A program made the translations under genes and the position numbers. Below the pieces are notes generated by a model. The model was not told where the DNA came from and did not search any database. It saw only the letters and a program-made list of their open reading frames with translations. Of a DNA stretch of 64,000 nt, positions 52,774 through 61,084 are shown in pieces (within the stretch, counting starts at the first letter, position 1; every line of letters starts with the position of its first letter). The stretch comes from a virus, in IMG/VR virus record IMGVR_UViG_3300020579_000012, positions 1 through 64,000 of that record; one strand, given 5' to 3'.

Positions 52774-54107
52774 GCGTCCGCTACATCAAACGTCCGACGG
52801 TTACGTACATCCGGCGACCCGGCCTTGGAGGATTCGCTCCTCCGTCAGATCCGACCGCCGGATTGCCGGGTGGCGGTCCGATCTCATATCCAGGAGGCCC
52901 TGTAAATCAAACTTATACAGGACCTCAGAATCAATTCCGTTATCTTGCCGACGGAACTGCCCAGCAGCTTATTTTTCCTAAGTATTTCAGTGGAACAAAT
53001 GCTGGATCGTGGCAAAACGTAACCGACATAAGTAGCGTAGCTTTCGAGGGTATGAAGTGGTACGTCGATGGGATCTACTTCATTTATAGTGCAACAGACC
53101 CTCAATCTGGAGCGAGGAATCCTGGATGGCATCTAAGCCTTCCAGGTGCGCAGGAGATCTACTCGCGCGCCAATGCTATGAGATCTTCAGGGAATATAAT
53201 CTATGCGCCGCTCCCTCCCGGCGTAGACCAGACGACCATTGTTAGTCCGAGCAACAACACATGGAGTACTCCTCCGGATTCTATCAATGTTGATTACATA
53301 ACTGCGAAGCAGGCGGCGAGTCAGAACGTCCGCAGCAACACCTATCGGATCTACGATCCGTTCACTTGGCAGGGGTATCAGGCTCTTCCTGATGGTTTCA
53401 TGGAGCCGGTTGACGGAGGTGTCTGGGTCCTCGCTTCCGACAACGTGCTCGATGCTGTTCAGCAGAAGTTCGGAATTTTTGCGGATCCATGGTACTGGCT
53501 GGTTGCGACGCACCCGACGACCGGTCAGGAGCGGCTCTTTCTCGTGAATCGTGGACCGAATATCAGTAACATCTTCACGCGACTCGGAAAGACAGGTCCC
53601 ATGGTGATCTCGATCCTCGGGACTGTGCTTGCACCGTTTACGCTTGGCATCTCGGCCGCCGTCGCCGCGGTCGCTGACACGGCCATCGCGATCGAACAGA
53701 AGAAGGCAGCAGCAGCAGCCGCAGCCGCGGCCAATCAGCACCAAGCCGACGTTCTTCAGCAGCAGGTTAACGACCAGACGGTCCAGGTCACTGCGCAGGC
53801 CGACTCCGTCTATCAGGCGAACCAGACAGCATTCCTGGCGGCCGGGTACACGCAGGCCATCTGGAATGGGCTCACGCTCGATCAGAAAACCGCCCTTCTC
53901 CAGCAGGCCGCCGCCGGACAGCTCCAGCCAACCCCAGCCGCGGTTGCCGTGGCTCAGCAGACCCAGCAGACCGTCGCCAATGCCATCCAGAGCGCTACAG
54001 TAAACGCGGCGCTAGGTACGCAACAGCCGACGTCATCCGGCGGCGTCTGGCTCCTGTTGCTCGGCGGTGGAGCTGCACTGGCGTTTGCCGGGGGTGGAAA
54101 GAAGTAG
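52770..54107 (+). CDS. protein with C-terminal membrane anchor
   Basis: C-terminus GGVWLLLLGGGAALAFAGGGKK; N-terminus VTYIRRPGLGG. Confidence 0.7.
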   Translation: MSVRYIKRPTVTYIRRPGLGGFAPPSDPTAGLPGGGPISYPGGPVNQTYTGPQNQFRYLADGTAQQLIFPKYFSGTNAGSWQNVTDISSVAFEGMKWYVDGIYFIYSATDPQSGARNPGWHLSLPGAQEIYSRANAMRSSGNIIYAPLPPGVDQTTIVSPSNNTWSTPPDSINVDYITAKQAASQNVRSNTYRIYDPFTWQGYQALPDGFMEPVDGGVWVLASDNVLDAVQQKFGIFADPWYWLVATHPTTGQERLFLVNRGPNISNIFTRLGKTGPMVISILGTVLAPFTLGISAAVAAVADTAIAIEQKKAAAAAAAAANQHQADVLQQQVNDQTVQVTAQADSVYQANQTAFLAAGYTQAIWNGLTLDQKTALLQQAAAGQLQPTPAAVAVAQQTQQTVANAIQSATVNAALGTQQPTSSGGVWLLLLGGGAALAFAGGGKK

Positions 54108-54109
54108 CC

Positions 54110-54712
54110 ATGGACCCAGACGTCACCTACGCCCGGGCCCTCGCGACCGCCTTTGCGGCGGACATAGACAATCCGTCAATCGCCGGGGTGATCCAACGTG
54201 GTGGCCTTACGCAGGACCAGTTTACGTCGATTGTTTATCGGGACATTCAGCGGGGCCTTACCGGAGCACCTGGACCAGCTCTTTTTCCGTCTGTTCGGGC
54301 TTTTGCACGTCAGGTTGTTGGTATTACAGCGATAAAGCAGGCGAGGAGCTACGGACTCTCGCAGGCCTCTTCTGACATCGGCGGGGCCGCCGGTTTAGTC
54401 GGCGCTATTGCTGGAGCTGTTGGTGCGATTTGGAGTACGAAGATCAACACCGACTCCCAGAAGAATCTTGCAAAGATCCAGGCAAACGAGGCGCAGATCA
54501 CTCAGAACTCCCAGACACTTGCTGCGCAGTCTGCATTGATCCAGAATGCGACAGCGAACGGCGTACTCCTCTCTCCGGCGGGAGGTGTGACTCCTGTGAC
54601 CGCGATAGGTCCGTCGGGGACTCTGACCGCCGTTAGTGGTCTTCCGGTTCTGGCGATCGGAACGGCGCTCGCAGCGATGGTGTTCGGTGGCTACTTCTTC
54701 GCAAAAGGATGA
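54110..54712 (+). CDS. protein with C-terminal membrane anchor
   Basis: C-terminus LPVLAIGTALAAMVFGGYFFAKG. Confidence 0.65.
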   Translation: MDPDVTYARALATAFAADIDNPSIAGVIQRGGLTQDQFTSIVYRDIQRGLTGAPGPALFPSVRAFARQVVGITAIKQARSYGLSQASSDIGGAAGLVGAIAGAVGAIWSTKINTDSQKNLAKIQANEAQITQNSQTLAAQSALIQNATANGVLLSPAGGVTPVTAIGPSGTLTAVSGLPVLAIGTALAAMVFGGYFFAKG

Positions 54713-54716
54713 TTCT

Positions 54717-55574
54717 ATGAGAAACCTGCAGCACGGCGTTAGAGTCCGCGTCGTCCAGACGCCGTTGGTTATGTACGTCAACGAGGCGACCTGGATCCCC
54801 AGCGGCATGCATGGCTACGGCGACGAGGGCTGGCGGAGCGGCATGTCCGCCTACCCGGTCGTCGATGACGACTCCGCCGCGATCGAGCCGCTCGTCTCGA
54901 AGCTCATGGTGAATGGGTTACCGGAGGCACAGGCAAGGGCAATCGTTCAGGCCGCCGTAGGGCGTGTCCGGTCGGTTGGAGGCGGTATGGGCGCCTCGTT
55001 GATGGTTGAGAAGGCTACCGCTCTCGACGCGGTCTTCCAGGGTCTCTTAGTCAGGGGTATCCCTGCCGATCGAGCCCGTATTCTCGTCAACCGGGCTGCC
55101 ATGCGTCGTGCCGGTCTGTCCGGTATGGGCCAGAGCGCGACCGTCGACGCTGCAGTCCTGCAGAAGGCGAGCGATACGCAGACCCAGCACCAAGCTTTAA
55201 TTGCCCAGTACGCCGCGGCGACAGACCCCACTTCGCAACTGGATATCCGGAACCAGATTGATGCTCTGTATTCCGACTGGACGACCTACGCGGTCGGCGT
55301 CGAGAATGGTCAGCCTCCGTACCAGTGGAATCTGGCCGACCCGACCGCGGCAATCCTTTCGTCGATCCGAAATGACATCGCGAATACGCTGTCCCTGATC
55401 GATGCCGGGAAGGCTCAGCTCGCGCTCCAAAAGAACATCGTGACCTCCTGGTCGCAGTCTTCGCCGAATATGACCATGCCGACGATATCACCAGGCGATG
55501 TCCCCTGGTACGTCTGGGCGGGTGGCGGTGTGGTTGGCCTGACAGCACTCAGCAAGTTATTCGGGAAGAAGTGA
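54717..55574 (+). CDS. protein with C-terminal membrane anchor
   Basis: ATG at 54717; C-terminus VPWYVWAGGGVVGLTALSKLFGKK. Confidence 0.65.
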   Translation: MRNLQHGVRVRVVQTPLVMYVNEATWIPSGMHGYGDEGWRSGMSAYPVVDDDSAAIEPLVSKLMVNGLPEAQARAIVQAAVGRVRSVGGGMGASLMVEKATALDAVFQGLLVRGIPADRARILVNRAAMRRAGLSGMGQSATVDAAVLQKASDTQTQHQALIAQYAAATDPTSQLDIRNQIDALYSDWTTYAVGVENGQPPYQWNLADPTAAILSSIRNDIANTLSLIDAGKAQLALQKNIVTSWSQSSPNMTMPTISPGDVPWYVWAGGGVVGLTALSKLFGKK

Positions 55575-55651
55575 CATTACGTTTCCTGCACAGTAGAATA
55601 GTTCAGCCGCGGCATGGTGCTTCGGCGGGGTGAAGAAGAAGGAGAGGGGTT

Positions 55652-56980
55652 ATGCCTCAGAAACCGCAGCTCATCGACATGATCCGGACGGTCCCGGAAG
55701 TCGCCGTGCGACTTTGGGCGGGCGGAGTCCCGCGCCCGTCCGACGATGGCGTCCGGATCGAGTTCGAGGGCCACATGCCGGTATTTCATGCGGACATCTA
55801 CCAGCAGGCCGACAAAGTCGCTCGGATCCTGGCGATCCGCTGGGGCAGTCGCAAGCTCCGGTCGATGACGGACCTTTTGGATCTCCGGCACGCCGCTGAG
55901 GATGTTTTCATCGAAAATCTCTTCCATCGAGAGGACACACCGAAAGTCCTCTTTGTTCCGGCTGGTGAGACCGCCTCCGGCTTCTACCGTGCGATGATCC
56001 CGGCAGATCTGATGAATGAGGGCGGCCGGATCATCTCCCATTGGACGAGTCGCCCGGATGTTGCGAAGGCACTTCGCTACGACGTCCTTTGGATCCAGCT
56101 CATCACGGCGCCGATTCTGATCGAGATCGCCCGTCAGGCGCAGGCGAGCGGCGTCCGGATCGTCTACGACATCGACGACAACCTGTCTGCGATTCCAGAC
56201 GAGAATCAAGCAAAGAACGTCTACGGGACTCCGGAAAAGCAGGCGGAGATCCGGGCGATGATCGATTTGGCGGATCTCGTCACAGTCTCGACGGCACCGC
56301 TCGGGCGGGTCATTGCCGCTCGGCACCCTGGCAAACGGGTCGTCGTCCTTCCGAATATGGTGACGGCGAACGTTGCTCCGCGTCGGCATACACCGAATCC
56401 TGGCTTTGTTCGGATACTCTGGGCCGGAACGCCGACACATAAGCGGGACCTCGCGATCGTTGCACCCGCACTCCGGGAGCTGCTCCGGGAGCGGAACGGA
56501 AATGTTCGCTTTACGCTCTTCGGCGAGCGCGTCCCGGAGGCCCTGGCGGACTGCCAACAGTGGATCGACCTTAAGAAGCCGGTCGACTTTCAGGACTACC
56601 ACGACGAGCTTGCCGAGCTCGCCGCGGACTTTGGGATCGTCCCGCTCGAGGCGAATGCCTTTAACGAATCGAAGTCCGGCTTGAAGGGTCTCGAGTACGC
56701 CTCCGCGGGCTACCCGATGCTCTGTTCTCCGGCCGCTGAGTACCCGGACATGGTCCGGGACGGATTCCCGTCCGCACTCGTTGCCGATGGCGACTGGCTT
56801 CCCGCGCTCCGGTACATGGTCGATCTGACGGCCAAGGAACGCGATATCATGGGGAAGGCTTGCATTGACTGGGCCACCCGGAACCGCTGCATGGGGACGA
56901 ACCATGCAGACCAGTGGGCCGACGTTGTCCATGATCTTCTCGGGAAGCCGACGAAGGCGGAACTGAAGCTGGTGAGTTGA
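55652..56980 (+). CDS. GT-B type glycosyltransferase
   Basis: RILWAGTPTH...FNESKSGLKGLEYASAGYPMLCS signature. Confidence 0.7.
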   Translation: MPQKPQLIDMIRTVPEVAVRLWAGGVPRPSDDGVRIEFEGHMPVFHADIYQQADKVARILAIRWGSRKLRSMTDLLDLRHAAEDVFIENLFHREDTPKVLFVPAGETASGFYRAMIPADLMNEGGRIISHWTSRPDVAKALRYDVLWIQLITAPILIEIARQAQASGVRIVYDIDDNLSAIPDENQAKNVYGTPEKQAEIRAMIDLADLVTVSTAPLGRVIAARHPGKRVVVLPNMVTANVAPRRHTPNPGFVRILWAGTPTHKRDLAIVAPALRELLRERNGNVRFTLFGERVPEALADCQQWIDLKKPVDFQDYHDELAELAADFGIVPLEANAFNESKSGLKGLEYASAGYPMLCSPAAEYPDMVRDGFPSALVADGDWLPALRYMVDLTAKERDIMGKACIDWATRNRCMGTNHADQWADVVHDLLGKPTKAELKLVS

Positions 56981-57246
56981 TGGCGCGACTTGATGCAGCG
57001 ATCGATGTGGCGACGGAGTACGCCTACCACCTCTACAAGGTGGACGGCGTTCCACAGGCTCAGGCCATCACGATCGGTGCGGCGGCGGTCGTCCGGGCAG
57101 CTCGTGCGAATCCGTTAAAGTTCGTCACGCCGAGAGCACAGCCACAGCCGGAGTCCGCACTTGGTTGGTCCGGACAGGCACTCTCACTGGTTGGTTCATC
57201 TCTCTCGGTAATCGGTTTGATTAAAACACTTTTCGGTGGAGGATAG
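56977..57246 (+). CDS. small protein with C-terminal membrane anchor
   Basis: C-terminus GWSGQALSLVGSSLSVIGLIKTLFGGG. Confidence 0.55.
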   Translation: MMARLDAAIDVATEYAYHLYKVDGVPQAQAITIGAAAVVRAARANPLKFVTPRAQPQPESALGWSGQALSLVGSSLSVIGLIKTLFGGG

Positions 57247-57250
57247 AAAG

Positions 57251-57661
57251 ATGTCGAAGGGAATCCGACGCTCCGGTCCAGGAAAATGTAACACGATCCT
57301 AGACTCGGTCATCTACCAGATGATCGGAGAGGGCATGGGCGACGAGTCTTGCGGGGATGTTTCCGAGGTTGGATTCGCTGCCGAGAAGATCTCTCTCGGT
57401 AGGGATGCTATCAAGGAGGCTGAGAGAATTGCCGCGGAAGACGACGGTCTGACCGACGAGGAAGTCGATATGATAAAAGACTCCGTCGGGGCGATCATGG
57501 TCGAGAACGACCAAGGATTCGTCACTGTCGACTACTACGAAAATGAGAAGGAATTCGAGAAGGACTGGGAGGAAATCCAGGACGACGCTTCCCCTGAAGA
57601 CGAGGAAGAAGAGGAAGAGGAATCTGAAGAGGAAGACGCCGAGACCGAGGAGGCTGAATAG
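57251..57661 (+). CDS. highly acidic protein with poly-Glu tail
   Basis: ATG at 57251; ends ...DDASPEDEEEEEEESEEEDAETEEAE. Confidence 0.65.
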   Translation: MSKGIRRSGPGKCNTILDSVIYQMIGEGMGDESCGDVSEVGFAAEKISLGRDAIKEAERIAAEDDGLTDEEVDMIKDSVGAIMVENDQGFVTVDYYENEKEFEKDWEEIQDDASPEDEEEEEEESEEEDAETEEAE

Positions 57662-57663
57662 CC

Positions 57664-58113
57664 ATGTCGCTGACAACCGAACAGTACAGGACCTTGGCAG
57701 ACGTCCAGCGCAACCTCGTCCGACGTGGGGTGAGTCCGGTAGCCGCAGGGCAGGCGATCCTCCGTGCCGTCGACCGGGTGGCGCCGGGTGGCATGGGCTC
57801 GTGTGGTCCGGACTGCTGCTGCTGCCGTGGCAGTGGCGTCGGACAGACTACTCTTGCGCCCCTCTCGACGACGACCGGCGGGCTGGCGCCAACGACGGCC
57901 AGTCCCGTAGCCGGAGCCCCTCCGATCATCTCGACGATCGACGCGGCAGGGAATAATCCGTCCGTTGCGGCAATGCGGGACCTCGTCGGGAAGTGGTCTT
58001 GGGTGATTCCGGTTGGCGGTCTATTGATGTCCGCGAAGTCGAAGTTCACGGACTGGCGGGCCTCGAAGACGGATCCGGCGTATGCTGCTTCGAAGAGTCT
58101 GAGGAGCCGGTGA
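57664..58113 (+). CDS. hypothetical protein (CCCC cluster, PAST-rich middle)
   Basis: ORF track, 149 aa. Confidence 0.6.
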   Translation: MSLTTEQYRTLADVQRNLVRRGVSPVAAGQAILRAVDRVAPGGMGSCGPDCCCCRGSGVGQTTLAPLSTTTGGLAPTTASPVAGAPPIISTIDAAGNNPSVAAMRDLVGKWSWVIPVGGLLMSAKSKFTDWRASKTDPAYAASKSLRSR

Positions 58114-58340
58114 AGCTGCTGAAAGCCTTCAGGTTTCTTCATAAGAAGAAACCGTGTTTTCGATGCGGCGGGAACGCGACAGTCGGGTATATGTCGATCG
58201 ACTACTGCGTGATCTGCCGTGAAGTCGTGATGAGAATGATGCCGATCGTCGGGTTTGGCGGGATGTTCGGGTTTCCGGGGGCGACCGGATACTTGGAGTT
58301 CCCGAATTTGGAGAAGATCCAGGAGAAGAAGGAGAACTGA
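58110..58340 (+). CDS. small zinc-ribbon protein
   Basis: GTG at 58110 (GTGA overlap); CFRCG ... CVIC. Confidence 0.45.
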   Translation: MKLLKAFRFLHKKKPCFRCGGNATVGYMSIDYCVICREVVMRMMPIVGFGGMFGFPGATGYLEFPNLEKIQEKKEN

Positions 58341-58341
58341 C

Positions 58342-58656
58342 ATGGGAGACGCGCCGTACATCATCATCAAGAACCGTCCCGGGTCCGGGGCCTTTAAGCG
58401 GTCGATCAGAACCCCTCGTTTCTGGCAGCACAACGAGACCGGGAACGTGGTCGAGATCGTCCGAGTTCAGGAGGTCGACGGGAGCTGGCTCAGGTACATC
58501 TTCATCGATCCGACTGTTCCCGGCGTGCAGCTTTCCATGCCGTTCAAGACCCGGGAGAATCCGTACCAGCCACCCGGCCGATCGACGCCGCTGATGGAGC
58601 CTGGTTTTGAGGACCAGTACCACGTTTACAAGGACCAGCAGAGCACGCGGGTCTAG
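58342..58656 (+). CDS. hypothetical protein
   Basis: ATG at 58342 (MGDAPYIIIKNRPGSG...). Confidence 0.55.
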   Translation: MGDAPYIIIKNRPGSGAFKRSIRTPRFWQHNETGNVVEIVRVQEVDGSWLRYIFIDPTVPGVQLSMPFKTRENPYQPPGRSTPLMEPGFEDQYHVYKDQQSTRV

Positions 58657-58658
58657 TT

Positions 58659-59168
58659 ATGGATGAACTCAATAAACCACAAAAGGTCCGGCCGATTGTA
58701 TTTCCGGACATCCTGTCTCCCGAGGAGCTCGACCGGGAGATCCGTCGCGTCTGGAAGATCTGTATCGCCGCGTCTGTCTCGGTTCCGCTCCTGGCGTGCG
58801 TCGTCGTGGCACTCCTGTTCTTCGGCGTCACGGACCTAAAGACCGTCGGACTGATCGCCTACCCGATAACGGCGATCGTTCTGATGACGTTCGGGCTCGC
58901 CTTCGTGATCCCGGCGACACTGACCAGCATCCGCCGCGTTTCGGCTACGGTCCGGATGGCCTATACAGGGCTACAGACGAACCAGCAGACGACGGAGTCG
59001 ATAAAGGCCTTTCTCGAGGAGGCTCGGCCGATCGTCGATGTCATGAAGAATCAGATCCAGGACGGTTTCCTTGAGAAAATCGAGGGACACTTGAAGACGA
59101 TCGCCGAGCGCGTCAAGCGCGACACGACGCCGTTGCCGACAGGTCGCCGACCCTCGATCGAGGCCTAA
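58659..59168 (+). CDS. two-TM membrane protein
   Basis: ICIAASVSVPLLACVVVALLFFGV and LIAYPITAIVLMTFGLAFVI. Confidence 0.65.
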   Translation: MDELNKPQKVRPIVFPDILSPEELDREIRRVWKICIAASVSVPLLACVVVALLFFGVTDLKTVGLIAYPITAIVLMTFGLAFVIPATLTSIRRVSATVRMAYTGLQTNQQTTESIKAFLEEARPIVDVMKNQIQDGFLEKIEGHLKTIAERVKRDTTPLPTGRRPSIEA

Positions 59169-59177
59169 CGGAAAAAT

Positions 59178-59612
59178 ATGGCAGGCGGCGGAGGCAGCGG
59201 GACGATTTACCTGAGAGGCTCTACCTATCAATGCTGCGGCAGCATATCCCAAAATAAAGACGTGGTGACGATCCGGAAGGGCCAGCCAGTTGCCGTTCAC
59301 TCGAGCGGAGTCGGAGTCGTCCTGGCCGGTGCCGCTCTCAACGGGATGTACGCTGTTGGACTAGCGAAGGAAGACATTGCGGTAGGCGCGAGCGGACCGA
59401 TCGCAGACTTCGGCGACTTCCAGATGTCCGACTGGACACCCGTCGTCGGTTCGCCGTCCCTGGCGGCGAAGGCAACGTACTTCCTAAGTGACGTGGTAGG
59501 CCAGCTCTCGACAGTTTCTCCGTCATCCCCTGGAGACGTCAGTCAGATTGTTCTGCGTGAGATAGCTCCGGACACTGCGTCGCTACGAATAGAATCTCCG
59601 ATTTTGATCTGA
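59178..59612 (+). CDS. structural protein, paralogue of 59621..60097
   Basis: MAGGGGSG N-terminus; C-terminus ...LRIESPILI. Confidence 0.6.
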   Translation: MAGGGGSGTIYLRGSTYQCCGSISQNKDVVTIRKGQPVAVHSSGVGVVLAGAALNGMYAVGLAKEDIAVGASGPIADFGDFQMSDWTPVVGSPSLAAKATYFLSDVVGQLSTVSPSSPGDVSQIVLREIAPDTASLRIESPILI

Positions 59613-59620
59613 GGTGATCC

Positions 59621-60097
59621 TTGGCACTCAGAAAACCGCTCGTCTTCAACGGCGGCATCCAGCAGCTCCAGAGTGGAGACACCCTGGATGCCGCACGGTC
59701 CGATTCATCCGGTCTGATCCAGACGAACGACAACGTCGGCGCAATGATCGCCGGACAGGTCGTATACAACGACGCGAACGACGGCGTCAAGAGCGCGAAG
59801 GCTGACGCCAGCGCGACGAAGGACGTCGTCGGTCTGATGCTCGACACTCCGGCGGCGGCCGGAACCGGCTTCGTCGCTATGAGCGGACCGGTCACGTTGA
59901 CGACCGCGCAATGGGATGCGGTCTTCGGGACGTCCGGAGGACTGACAAAGGGAACTCGCTACTACCTGTCGGCAACATCCGCCGGTCAGGGTCAGGCTGG
60001 TGCCCCAACCACCGTGGGACAGTATGTCGTCGAACTCGGTATCGCCATTTCGACGACCGAGCTGATGCTTGCGATCAGGAGCCCGATCCTCCTTTGA
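59621..60097 (+). CDS. structural protein, paralogue of 59178..59612
   Basis: C-terminus ...LAIRSPILL; shared G.pV...VG(L)...G.....G.v layout. Confidence 0.6.
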   Translation: MALRKPLVFNGGIQQLQSGDTLDAARSDSSGLIQTNDNVGAMIAGQVVYNDANDGVKSAKADASATKDVVGLMLDTPAAAGTGFVAMSGPVTLTTAQWDAVFGTSGGLTKGTRYYLSATSAGQGQAGAPTTVGQYVVELGIAISTTELMLAIRSPILL

Positions 60098-60315
60098 GCG
60101 ACAAGAAGCCTCTTGTCCTGGGGACCGATCCGTCGAGCGGTGCGGTTCAGATGCAGCAGATTCAGCCGTGCGATCAGGTTAACCCGGCCTCGCTCCCGTT
60201 CGATCGGGAGACGAATTTGCGTAGGCTCTTTCGTGTCCTGATTCGAGATCTGATGAGCATTGGATTCCCTGTGTCTCAGGAATTGATCGACGAAGCCTCT
60301 AAGCAAGGATACTGA
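60094..60315 (+). CDS. small hypothetical protein
   Basis: TTG start in a TTGA overlap. LSDKKPLVLG... echoes MALRKPLVFNG of the preceding gene. Confidence 0.4.
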   Translation: MSDKKPLVLGTDPSSGAVQMQQIQPCDQVNPASLPFDRETNLRRLFRVLIRDLMSIGFPVSQELIDEASKQGY

Positions 60316-60316
60316 C

Positions 60317-61081
60317 ATGGCAAACTTCACAGCGATCGTACGAGGGATAGCGCAGCGCGTCCTCGCGATCACATCGCCGACCCCGGACGGAACGGAGACA
60401 CCGAACGGAGTCCGTACTGGGAGATTCAACGAACTATTCTCGCTGAATCTCTGGGCAAAACAGCACGGCCTCGCGGACGAGGAGTCGTCCTTTGTGATGT
60501 CCGGAACGCTCGGCACCGGAGTCGCAACGATCGCTGCGCTCACGGGGCTTGTCGATACATCTCCTTTTATCATTGCGAAGAATATTGCTGATCCGTCAAC
60601 CGGGATCCGGTCCTATCTCGACCTCTTGAAGCTCATCTGCACGGTGGCCGGGACAGCAGGGACGGCGCTTCGATACGGGGTCAAAGTCGGACCGAGTCGA
60701 CAAGACCCGACCGGAATGGACGCTGCATTCAACCCGACTCTGGCGGCACCGACCGGCGTTCCACAAAACGTCCAGGCGTCCAGCCAGAGGCAGTCGATCC
60801 TGCGCGTCTATGCCGGGGCGCTCGTTGCACCGGCCGCTCAGGGCGGTACGCGCCAGCTTGGGGGAGGTCTCCTGAAGAGCGCAATCCCCGTCGCCAACGA
60901 CCAATACATCATCAACTTCGGCGGAATCGATCCGGCCGCGCCTGCAACCCAGGTCGATAGGAACGACGCGCATCCTTCGGTGGTAATCCCTCCCGGCTAC
61001 TCCGCGTTCATACACATTTGGCTCCCCTCGCAGTCTGCGGCCTCGAGCTACGAGATTCAACTCCATCATCACGAAAGATAG
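60317..61081 (+). CDS. beta-rich structural protein
   Basis: ORF track, 254 aa. Confidence 0.6.
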   Translation: MANFTAIVRGIAQRVLAITSPTPDGTETPNGVRTGRFNELFSLNLWAKQHGLADEESSFVMSGTLGTGVATIAALTGLVDTSPFIIAKNIADPSTGIRSYLDLLKLICTVAGTAGTALRYGVKVGPSRQDPTGMDAAFNPTLAAPTGVPQNVQASSQRQSILRVYAGALVAPAAQGGTRQLGGGLLKSAIPVANDQYIINFGGIDPAAPATQVDRNDAHPSVVIPPGYSAFIHIWLPSQSAASSYEIQLHHHER

Positions 61082-61084
61082 ATC

